Of a stretch of 32,000 nucleotides of DNA, positions 8,783-16,391 are shown in pieces; within the stretch, counting starts at the first letter, position 1; every line of letters begins with the position of its first letter. The stretch comes from Pseudodesulfovibrio mercurii. GTDB lineage: Bacteria; Desulfobacterota; Desulfovibrionia; Desulfovibrionales; Desulfovibrionaceae. Made by a program: the position numbers and the translations under genes. The notes under the pieces were generated by a model, which worked only from the letters and a program-made list of their open reading frames with translations, was not told the DNA's origin and did not search any database. Location of the stretch: contig NC_016803.1 of the NCBI RefSeq assembly GCF_000189295.2, forward strand, positions 810,001-842,000, read 5' to 3'.

Positions 8783-9508
8783 ATGAAATCCGTTCTTGAA
8801 ATCGTGCGCCAACGAGCCCTGGAACTCTGGACCAAGGAGGGCATTCTCGACGAGAACATCACCGTGACCGCCGCGCCCCTGACCGTCAAGGAGGCCATCG
8901 GCACGCCCGAGGGCAACGACTTCCCCATCCAGAAGGGCAAGGAAAAGCTCATGGAGGCCAATTTCCACGGCGCGCGCGGCCAGGCCTTCACCGACCAGTA
9001 CGGCAACTACACCGGCACCCTGCGCCAGATCGCCGCGCTCTCGCTGGACGACAACTATCACCGGGCCGTGTTCGTCTCGACCATGAACGCGATCTGCCGC
9101 TCCCTGGGGATGACCCGGAACACGGTCCACTGCCGCGACACGGGCCCGGCCGAATGCGCCCGGGGGGTGTTCCAGTACATCGACGACTATTACGGCAAGG
9201 GCCGCGTGACCATCATCGGCTTCCAGCCCACCCTGGCCCAGGCCGTGAGCAGCGGCACCGAGGTCCGGCTGGTGGACCTGGACCCGGACAACATCGGCCA
9301 GGTCAAGCGCGGCGTGCTCGTGGAGGGCGGCGAGGCCACCCAGGACGCCATCGACTGGGCGGACATGCTCCTGGTCACGGGCACGACCCTGGCCAACGCG
9401 TCCATCGATCTCTTTCTCACCGGCAAACCCGTGCTGTTCTACGGCACGACCATAGCCGGAGCGGCCAGCCTCATGGGCTGGAACCGCTACTGTCCGCAGA
9501 GCAGCTAG
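8783..9508 (+). CDS. DUF364/DUF4213-like Rossmann-domain protein (putative heavy-metal chelation family)
   Basis: AGGAG lies 5 nt before the ATG and the gene starts 8 nt after modB. The C-terminal half (GRVTIIGFQP...VDLDP...ADMLLVTGTTLANASIDLFL...VLFYGTT) matches my recollection of the DUF364 Rossmann-like domain. It has no Walker A or LSGGQ, so it is not ModC. Confidence 0.55.
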   Translation: MKSVLEIVRQRALELWTKEGILDENITVTAAPLTVKEAIGTPEGNDFPIQKGKEKLMEANFHGARGQAFTDQYGNYTGTLRQIAALSLDDNYHRAVFVSTMNAICRSLGMTRNTVHCRDTGPAECARGVFQYIDDYYGKGRVTIIGFQPTLAQAVSSGTEVRLVDLDPDNIGQVKRGVLVEGGEATQDAIDWADMLLVTGTTLANASIDLFLTGKPVLFYGTTIAGAASLMGWNRYCPQSS

Positions 9509-9538
9509 GGGGTCTCCTCCATCCCCTCCCCGGCTGCG

Positions 9539-9577
9539 GGGAAAGGGTTCCCGTTTGCCGCATGGGAACCCTTTCCC
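9539..9577. repeat. Palindromic intergenic element / hairpin after the mod operon
   Basis: Perfect 14-bp arms GGGAAAGGGTTCCC (9539-9552) and GGGAACCCTTTCCC (9564-9577) with an 11-nt loop. No U-tract. It shares the AAAGGGTTCCC core with the element at 12270-12328. Confidence 0.7.
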
Positions 9578-9734
9578 GAGGCGGCGGTCAGCCGCCCGAA
9601 CCGGCCCGGAAGCCCCGTCCGCCCTTCCGCTCCCACGCACGCGCCAATATTACCCTTTACTCCGGGCTCCCAACACCTTATTTGAGGAGGGCATCACGAA
9701 CCTCAATCCCCATGCGGGTTGCCGGGAGTTTTTT

Positions 9735-11528
9735 TTGGCTCAGAAACCCACGCTGCACCATTTTACCAACCGCTATCTTCTCAAGCGCTCCATCGGCTAC
9801 TTCGGCGCGTACAAGGGACGCGTCGCCCTGGCCGTGGTCTCCATGGTCCTCCTGAGCCCCATCTCCCCCGCCCTGGCCTGGATCGGGAAGTACGTCATGG
9901 ACGACGTGCTCATCGCCAGAAACCTGAACATGCTCAAACTGTGCATCATCGCCTTCCTCGGCCTGTGGCTGCTCAGGGGGCTGCTCATGATCGGCCAGGC
10001 GTACACCATGCAGGCCACCGGCATGCTGGTCCTGCGCGACATCCGAAACGAACTGTTCAAAAAGATCATCCGGCTGCCCATGCCCTACTTCGCCGAGAGC
10101 GAAATCGGCATGCTCATGAGCCGGATCATCGCCGACGTGACCGCCATCCGCACCAGCCTGCCCAGCGTGCTCATGTTCGTCCGGCAGGTATTCACCCTGG
10201 TCGCCCTCATCGCCACGACCATCTACCTCGACCCCTACCTGTCCCTGTGGGCGCTGCTGGTCATGCCCGCCGCCATCTACCCGTTCATCTACTTCGGCAA
10301 GAAGATCCGCAAATACGGGCGCAAGACCCAGGCCGAACTGTCCGGGGTCAACGTGGTCCTGGAGGAATGCTTCTCCGGCATCAAGGTCATCAAGGCCTTT
10401 GCCAACGAAGTCCGGGAAGACATAAAATTCGTCAAGGAAAACGGTAGCCTGACACGACTGCTGGTGCGCAAGATACTCTACAACGAGGGGTCTTCGCGGG
10501 CCATGGACATCGTCGGCGCCCTGGCCGGCGCCTCGGTCCTGTGGTTCGGCGGCATGCGCGTCATCAACGGCGACATGACCCCCGGCGACCTGATGGCCTT
10601 TTCCCTGTGCGTGGTCCAGCTCTATGAACCGATCAAGAAACTGAACACCGCCAACAACGAGATCCAGGGCGGCCTTGCGGGTGCGGAACGCGTCTTCGAC
10701 ATCCTCGATTCCCCCTCCATCCAGGTGGAGGAGGAAGGCAAGGCCGTGTTCGACGGCAACCTGCGCAGCCTCGAATTCCGGGGCGTCCGCTTCACCTACC
10801 CCGGTTGCCCGGCCCCGGCCGTGAACGGGGTGGACCTGACCATCAAGGCCGGACAGCGCGTGGCCATCGTCGGCCCCAGCGGCTCGGGCAAGACCACCCT
10901 GGTCAACCTGATCCCCCGCTTCTACCAGGCCCAGGAGGGGGGCGTGGAGATCAACGGCGTCCCGCTCGAGGACTACACCCTGGCGAGCCTGCGCACACAC
11001 CTGGGCCTGGTCTCCCAGGACACCTTCCTGTTCAACGTGTCCATCGCCCAGAACATCGCCTACGCCCATGACGACTACGATATGAGCGACGTGCAGCGCG
11101 CCGCCACGGCGGCCTACGCCCACGAGTTCATCAGCGAGATGCCGAACGGCTACGAGACCGTGGTCGGCGAAGGCGGAGTCAAGATTTCGGGCGGCCAGAA
11201 ACAGCGCCTGACCATCGCCCGGGCGATCATGAAGGACCCGGCCCTGCTCATCCTGGACGAGGCCACCAGCGCGCTGGACACCGAATCCGAGCGGGTGGTC
11301 CAGAACGCCCTGGAAAACCTCATGCGCAACCGCACGTCCATCGTCATCGCCCACCGCCTCTCGACCATTCTGACCGCCGATGTTATCGTGGTCATGGAGA
11401 ACGGACGCATCGTGGCCCAGGGCCGACATGAGGACCTGCTGACCACCTGCCCGCTCTACGACCGGCTGTACCAGATGCAGTTCGAAGACACGACGTCCCT
11501 GGAACCGGCCTGCGGATTGCCCGAATGA
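9735..11528 (+). CDS. ABC exporter, fused permease/ATPase (MsbA-like, type I exporter)
   Basis: Six predicted TM helices followed by an NBD with Walker A GPSGSGKTT, signature ISGGQKQRLTIARAI, Walker B LILDEATSALD and IVIAHRLST. The start is uncertain. I prefer TTG 9735 (GGGAG 6 nt upstream), because the ATG at 9555 sits inside the 9539-9577 hairpin and would add a Pro/Arg-rich leader. Confidence 0.85.
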   Translation: MAQKPTLHHFTNRYLLKRSIGYFGAYKGRVALAVVSMVLLSPISPALAWIGKYVMDDVLIARNLNMLKLCIIAFLGLWLLRGLLMIGQAYTMQATGMLVLRDIRNELFKKIIRLPMPYFAESEIGMLMSRIIADVTAIRTSLPSVLMFVRQVFTLVALIATTIYLDPYLSLWALLVMPAAIYPFIYFGKKIRKYGRKTQAELSGVNVVLEECFSGIKVIKAFANEVREDIKFVKENGSLTRLLVRKILYNEGSSRAMDIVGALAGASVLWFGGMRVINGDMTPGDLMAFSLCVVQLYEPIKKLNTANNEIQGGLAGAERVFDILDSPSIQVEEEGKAVFDGNLRSLEFRGVRFTYPGCPAPAVNGVDLTIKAGQRVAIVGPSGSGKTTLVNLIPRFYQAQEGGVEINGVPLEDYTLASLRTHLGLVSQDTFLFNVSIAQNIAYAHDDYDMSDVQRAATAAYAHEFISEMPNGYETVVGEGGVKISGGQKQRLTIARAIMKDPALLILDEATSALDTESERVVQNALENLMRNRTSIVIAHRLSTILTADVIVVMENGRIVAQGRHEDLLTTCPLYDRLYQMQFEDTTSLEPACGLPE

Positions 11529-12097
11529 CGAAACGACTGATAGCCGCCCTCGCCCTCCTCCTCTGCCTGGCCTCCCCGGCCACGGCCGACGTGGTGCGCA
11601 CGGTGTCCACCGAATACTACGAGGTGGAGGGAATCAAGCCCGCGGCCATCGTCCTGAGCATACGGCGCGATTCCCCGGCCAACGAGGGGTCCAAGAAGTA
11701 TTCAGCCAACACCCGCACGGACATCCGGACCACCTACGACATCGAACAGGTGGGCGACAAGTGCCGGATCAGGAACGTGGTCGTCCATCTCCACCTGACC
11801 TACCTCTATCCCAAGCTCAAGCACAGCGTGGACTTCGAGACCCGCAAGTGGTGGATGAAGCTCTCCCGCCAGCTCGAGATCCACGAGCGCATCCACGGCG
11901 ACATCTCCACCAAGGCGGCCTACAAGATCAGCGACACCCTGCAAAACCTCCCGCCCGGCGACTGCTACAACTTCAAGGGCACGGTCAAGGTCAAGGCCCG
12001 CAAGATCATGGAGCAGATGAAGCAGGACCAGCGCGATTACGACGCCCTCACCCAGCACGGCCTCAAACAAGAACGAAACCGCGGGCAATACCCTTAG
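11525..12097 (+). CDS. DUF922-like predicted secreted Zn-dependent protease
   Basis: Signal peptide MTKRLIAALALLLCLASPATA and an HExxH motif (IHERIHGD). The start overlaps the exporter stop (ATGA at 11525-11528). Confidence 0.65.
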   Translation: MTKRLIAALALLLCLASPATADVVRTVSTEYYEVEGIKPAAIVLSIRRDSPANEGSKKYSANTRTDIRTTYDIEQVGDKCRIRNVVVHLHLTYLYPKLKHSVDFETRKWWMKLSRQLEIHERIHGDISTKAAYKISDTLQNLPPGDCYNFKGTVKVKARKIMEQMKQDQRDYDALTQHGLKQERNRGQYP

Positions 12098-12127
12098 CGG
12101 CTTTCGAGAGCGCGGGGGGAAAGCCGC
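12097..12127 (+). terminator. Hairpin immediately after the DUF922 gene
   Basis: 9-bp arms GCGGCTTTC and GAAAGCCGC with a 13-nt loop, beginning at the stop codon. No U-tract. Confidence 0.3.
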
Positions 12128-12269
12128 TGTCGGGTGCCGCGCACCCGAATCGCTCCGGGGGATGAAGTAGAGGAAGGCTTCTGACTTGCAATTGGTCGGG
12201 AGTCTTTTTTTGCGCCCCTACCCCGCGAAGCGGCGATAAAAAGTTTAGGAGGGTGAAGGGGATGGGGGT

Positions 12270-12328
12270 CCGGGGGAAGGGGAAGAGGGAAGCCCTTTAC
12301 AAAGGGTTCCCTCTTCCCCTTCCCCCGG
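12270..12328. repeat. Long palindromic intergenic element with homopurine/homopyrimidine arms
   Basis: CC+GGGGGAAGGGGAAGAGGGAA (12270-12291) pairs perfectly with TTCCCTCTTCCCCTTCCCCC+GG (12307-12328). The inner GCCCTTTACAAAGGGT is itself nearly palindromic. Confidence 0.8.
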
Positions 12329-12341
12329 CCGCCGGAGGCGA

Positions 12342-12375
12342 CAAAAAAAGGGCGGCCGCTTTGCGGCCGCCCTTT
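12342..12375 (-). terminator. Rho-independent terminator of the glutamate synthase operon
   Basis: On the minus strand AAAGGGCGGCCGC-AAA-GCGGCCGCCCTTT is followed by TTTTTGTC. It lies 20 nt downstream of the stop at 12396. Confidence 0.85.
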
Positions 12376-12395
12376 GGGTGTCGATGATGGCCCGG

Positions 12396-14726
12396 TTATT
12401 CCATGGGGGCCGGATTTTTCATGTCCCAGATGCCGCAGGGGCAGGCGTCGGCGCAGAAGCCGCAGGCGATGCACTTGTCGGGGTCCACCACGCGCTCGAA
12501 GCCGCCGTCGGGCAGTTCATTACGCTTGATGGCGTTCTGGGGGCAGAGGGTGTCGCAGATGTAGCAGTCGCGGCAGGAGCCGCAGCTGGAGCATTCCGCG
12601 CCGCACTGGTTGGCGTCGCTGAACTCGATGACGCGCGGGTCGAAGTATTCGAGCGTCATGCGGGTGTAGTCGATCATCTCGCGGGTGTCGGACTGGGGGC
12701 GCCGGTTGTTGAGCAGGTCGTCGATGACCTCTGCGGCCCGGCGGCCGTGGCCGATGGCGTGGGTCAGCAGGCCGGGACGGACCACGTCGCCGATGGCGAA
12801 GACCTTGGAGTCCGTGGTCTGGTAGTCGTCGTTGACCACGATGTAGCCGCGATTCAGGGCGATGTCGGCGGGCAGGAACCCGATGTCCGGGGCGTCGCCG
12901 ATGGACATAAGCACGGTATCCGCGGGAAGCAGCTCGCCGCTTTGGAGCAGTACGCCGTTGGCGTTGACCTCCTTGGTGAAGCAGGGCCACTTGAAGCGCG
13001 CCCCGGCGGCCTCGGCGTCCTTGCGTTCCTTGCCGAAGGAGGCGGGTTCCTGGATGTCGATGAGGGTGATGTCCTCGGCACCGAGACCGGCGGCCACGGT
13101 GGCCACGTCGCAGCCCACGTTGCCCGCGCCGATGATGACGATGCGCTTGCCGATCTTGGCCGTACCCTTCTTGGCGTCCTTGAGGAAGGTCAGGGCCGGG
13201 TAGATGCGCTCGTGGCCGGGCACCGGGATGATACGCGGCTTCTGGGCGCCCGTGGCGATGACCACGTAGTCGTAGTCGTCACGCAGCTCGTCGAATTCGT
13301 TGCGCTTGAGTTCCTGTTGCAGGTGGACGTGGGGCAGGACCTCGGCCGCGCGCGCGACCTCGGCCTCGACCACTTCCTTGGGCACGCGGGAGTTGGGGAT
13401 GGCCGAGGCGATCTTGCCGCCCAGGGTCTCGGCCATGTCGTAGACCACGGCCTCATGCCCCTTCATGCGGATCTGCCAGGCCACGGAGATGCCGGCGGGC
13501 CCGCCGCCGATGACGGCCACGCGCTTGCCGGACAGGGGCGGCAGCTTGGGGGCCTTGGACTTGTGGCCCTCGCGGCCGAGCTTGGTGATGTCCACGGCGG
13601 CCATGTTCTGCTGGGTGGAGCGGGTGCAGCCCTGCATGCACAGGTTCGGGCAGAGGTAGCCGCAGACCGTGGCCGGGAACGGCGTGTAGGCGAGGGCCAG
13701 GTCCACGGCCTCGTCCACCAGCCCGTCGCGGACGAGCTGCCAGCGCTTCTGCACGGGCATGCCCGTGGGACAGCTGGCCTGGCACGGGGCCATGTACTTG
13801 CGGTTTTCCCACACGGGCACCTTGCGGCGCAGGTCGCCGTGTACGATGAGCGGAATGGGCGAACGGTCCAGGTCGGTCAGGTCGCCAATGAGGCCGCCCC
13901 GGCCCAGCTCCGCATCCCAGGAATTGATCCGGAAGTCGTGCATGGCGCGGCGCACCCTGCCCTTCTTCTCGAAGGGGGTCTTGGCCCGGATGAGCTGCCA
14001 CTCCTCGCGCCGGGTGAGCCGTTTGAGCAGGCGCGAGCGTTTGATTTTCTTGAGGAACTCTTCGAGGTTCTCGGTCAGCCAGCCCCAGGTCTCGTCGTCG
14101 ATGGGCTCCATGAGCGCATCGGCCTGGGAAAAGCCGTCGATGGGGCCGCGCACGAAGATGCGGCCGCCGACCATGCCCACGCAGGGGCGGTAGCCGAGCA
14201 CGTTCCCGGGGTTCTGGGCCTCATGGCCGCAGACCACCGCCGTGCCGCCGGCCATGAACTCGGCGAAGTAGTCGCCCACCGAGCCCAGGACCCACAGCTC
14301 GGGCGGGTCGAAACGGGGGTTGGTCTTGGTCATGGTCATGCCGCGCGAACCGATGTTGCCCGCGATGAAGACCTTGCCCTGGGCCATGGCGTTGCACACG
14401 CCGTTGGAGGCGTTGCCGTTGACGATGACCTCCGCGCCCGCGTTGAGCCAGGCCACGTCGTCCGAGGCCGGGCCCATGACCTGGATGGTCGTGCCCGGGA
14501 ACCCCTTGGCGCCGATGCGCTGGCCCGGCGAGCCGGTGATGGTCACGGAGATGGGCTCGTCCTTGGAAAGCCAGAGCCTGCCGCCGATACCGTGCTGGCC
14601 CCAGGCGTCGATCTCCAGTCGGCGCGCCCCCTGCCGGACCGCGTTCTGGATGCGTTCCTCCAGGATGCGGGATTCCAGGCGGACACCGTTCTCATGCCCG
14701 TCTATGCGCTGTATTTTCTTTGCCAT
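12396..14726 (-). CDS. Glutamate synthase GXGXG (GltB C-terminal) domain fused to a GltD-like NAD(P)H oxidoreductase and a 2x[4Fe-4S] ferredoxin tail
   Basis: N-terminal GXGXG-repeat domain (GSPGQRIGAKG...GNIGSRG), a GltD-type Cys cluster (CPNLCMQGC), dinucleotide folds VIGGGPAGISVA and IIGAGNVGCDVA, and C-terminal CxxCxxCxxxCP-type motifs. GGAG lies 7 nt before the ATG. Confidence 0.88.
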   Translation of the reverse strand: MAKKIQRIDGHENGVRLESRILEERIQNAVRQGARRLEIDAWGQHGIGGRLWLSKDEPISVTITGSPGQRIGAKGFPGTTIQVMGPASDDVAWLNAGAEVIVNGNASNGVCNAMAQGKVFIAGNIGSRGMTMTKTNPRFDPPELWVLGSVGDYFAEFMAGGTAVVCGHEAQNPGNVLGYRPCVGMVGGRIFVRGPIDGFSQADALMEPIDDETWGWLTENLEEFLKKIKRSRLLKRLTRREEWQLIRAKTPFEKKGRVRRAMHDFRINSWDAELGRGGLIGDLTDLDRSPIPLIVHGDLRRKVPVWENRKYMAPCQASCPTGMPVQKRWQLVRDGLVDEAVDLALAYTPFPATVCGYLCPNLCMQGCTRSTQQNMAAVDITKLGREGHKSKAPKLPPLSGKRVAVIGGGPAGISVAWQIRMKGHEAVVYDMAETLGGKIASAIPNSRVPKEVVEAEVARAAEVLPHVHLQQELKRNEFDELRDDYDYVVIATGAQKPRIIPVPGHERIYPALTFLKDAKKGTAKIGKRIVIIGAGNVGCDVATVAAGLGAEDITLIDIQEPASFGKERKDAEAAGARFKWPCFTKEVNANGVLLQSGELLPADTVLMSIGDAPDIGFLPADIALNRGYIVVNDDYQTTDSKVFAIGDVVRPGLLTHAIGHGRRAAEVIDDLLNNRRPQSDTREMIDYTRMTLEYFDPRVIEFSDANQCGAECSSCGSCRDCYICDTLCPQNAIKRNELPDGGFERVVDPDKCIACGFCADACPCGIWDMKNPAPME

Positions 14727-14756
14727 TGTGTACTCCGATATGTCCTGAAGCTTCGA

Positions 14757-16391
14757 TTAGATGACGTACTTGATGTCCAGGCGTTCCGCCGCGTCCTTGT
14801 CCGAGATGCCGAGCGCGTCGGACATGCCGACGGGCAGGGACGTGGACCGGCCGAGCGGCGCAATGACCTTGCGCAGTTCGATGTCGAAGCTCAGGAAGAA
14901 GTCCACCACCCGCTCGGCCACCTTTTCGGGGTCGAGACGACGGTAGATCCTCGGGTCCTGGGAAGTGATGCCCTTGGGGCAGACGCCGATGTTGCAGACG
15001 TTGCAGCGGTCCTTTTCGGAGCCGAGGCAGCCCGCGCCCGCCTGCATGACGTACTTGCCGATCTGGACCATGGAGGCCCCGAGCATGATCAGGGCCGCGG
15101 CGTTGGCGGCCAGGTTGCCGTGCTTGCCGATGCCGCCGCCCGCAATGAGCGGAATCTCGTTCTGGGCCCCGGCCACGCAGAGGGCCTTGTAGCAATCGCG
15201 CAGGTTGGAGGCGATGGGATGGCCCATGTGGTTCATGGACACGTTGTAGGCCGCGCCCGTGCCGCCGTCCTCGCCGTCGATGGCCAGACCCGCCGCATAG
15301 GGGTTGCGGACCAGGTTGTTGAGCACGGCCAGCGAGGTGGAGGAGGCGGAAATCTTCGGGTAGACCGGCACGCGGAAGCCCCAGGCCATGGACATGGACT
15401 GGATCATCTTGGCCACGGCCTCCTCGATGGAGTACTTTGTCTGATGGGTGGGCGGGCTGGGCAGGGACACGCCGGACGGCACGCCGCGGATGGCCGCGAT
15501 GAGCTTGTTGACCTTGTACCACATGAGCAGGCCGCCGTCGCCGGGCTTGGCGCCCTGGCCGTACTTGATCTCGATGGCGCAGGGGTCCTCCTTCATCTCG
15601 GGAAGGGCGTGGATGATCTCGTCCCAGCCGAAGTAGCCCGAGGCGATCTGGAGGATGACGTACTTGAGGAAGCGGGAGCGCAGCAGGCGCGGCGGACAGC
15701 CGCCCTCGCCCGTGCAGATGCGCACCGGCATGTTCATTTCCTCGTTCAGGTAGGCCACGCCCATCTGCAAGCCCTCCCACATGTTCGGGGAGAGCGCGCC
15801 GAAGGACATGCCGCCGATGACCAGGGGATATATCTCCCGGACCGGCGGCTTCCAGCCGTTTTCGCGGTGGCACTTGATCTCGGCCTCGGGCGAGAGCACC
15901 CGGCCGAGCAGCGTGCGCACGTCGAACTCGTGGCGGCCCGCGTCCAGCGCCGGGTCGGTCAGCATGGAAATACGGATGAACTTGATCTGGTCCAGCAGGG
16001 ACTCGGAGTTGTTCCGGCGGCCGCCGCGCGTCCGGGGCTGGCCGCCCCGGTTGTTCTGGAACTGGAGCGTGGTGGAGTCGTACTGCCGGGTCGGCTCGAT
16101 GGCGTTGTTCGGACAGACCATGTTGCACATGGCGCAGCCGATGCAGGCGTAGGCCGGGTCCGTGCGCTGGCGGATGCCGTAGAAGGTGGAGAACTCCGTG
16201 GTCGGCTTGGCCGAGAGGCCCATGGGCGGCTTGACGTCCCGCTTGCGGAACACGCCCAGTTCAATGGCGTTGACCGGACAGACCGAGGTGCAGCGCCCGC
16301 ACTTGGTGCAGGTGTTGATGTCCCACTTGATCTGCCAGGGCAGGTCCTTGCGGCTTAGAGTTGAAGGCGTAATGGGTCTTTCTGCGAGCAT
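14757..16391 (-). CDS. Glutamate synthase FMN/central-domain subunit with N-terminal 2x[4Fe-4S] ferredoxin domain
   Basis: Has CTKCGRCTSVCP and CIGCAMCNMVCP, then glutamate-synthase core motifs (ICTGEGG, IEIKYGQGAKPGDGG). I prefer the ATG at 16391 (GGGAGG 7 nt upstream) over the TTG at 16409 used by the track. Confidence 0.88.
   Translation of the reverse strand: MLAERPITPSTLSRKDLPWQIKWDINTCTKCGRCTSVCPVNAIELGVFRKRDVKPPMGLSAKPTTEFSTFYGIRQRTDPAYACIGCAMCNMVCPNNAIEPTRQYDSTTLQFQNNRGGQPRTRGGRRNNSESLLDQIKFIRISMLTDPALDAGRHEFDVRTLLGRVLSPEAEIKCHRENGWKPPVREIYPLVIGGMSFGALSPNMWEGLQMGVAYLNEEMNMPVRICTGEGGCPPRLLRSRFLKYVILQIASGYFGWDEIIHALPEMKEDPCAIEIKYGQGAKPGDGGLLMWYKVNKLIAAIRGVPSGVSLPSPPTHQTKYSIEEAVAKMIQSMSMAWGFRVPVYPKISASSTSLAVLNNLVRNPYAAGLAIDGEDGGTGAAYNVSMNHMGHPIASNLRDCYKALCVAGAQNEIPLIAGGGIGKHGNLAANAAALIMLGASMVQIGKYVMQAGAGCLGSEKDRCNVCNIGVCPKGITSQDPRIYRRLDPEKVAERVVDFFLSFDIELRKVIAPLGRSTSLPVGMSDALGISDKDAAERLDIKYVI

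Noticed and set aside
9555-9734. ATG at 9555 as the start of the MsbA-like exporter
   Set aside because: That ATG lies inside the 14-bp-stem hairpin and would add a 60-aa Pro/Arg-rich leader with no TM. TTG at 9735 with GGGAG upstream gives a typical N-terminus. This remains uncertain.
9678-11429. 583-aa minus-strand ORF, and similar ORFs at 20774-22396, 27402-28865, 18192-19547, 18374-19624, 8771-9640 and 30792-31799
   Set aside because: All are antisense to or out of frame with genes that have clear family signatures. They are compositional artefacts of GC-rich third positions.
12094-12474. 126-aa minus-strand ORF across the DUF922 / glutamate synthase intergenic region
   Set aside because: It is a low-complexity Pro/Gly/Arg/Lys translation of the palindromic repeat and terminator, overlaps the 3' end of a real gene and has no SD.
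12378-16358. 1326-aa ORF on the plus strand, the longest in the window
   Set aside because: It is entirely antisense to three well-supported glutamate synthase genes. Its translation is low-complexity Gly/Ala/Asp/His/Val/Arg text with no recognisable motifs, which is the typical stop-codon-poor antisense frame of high-GC DNA.
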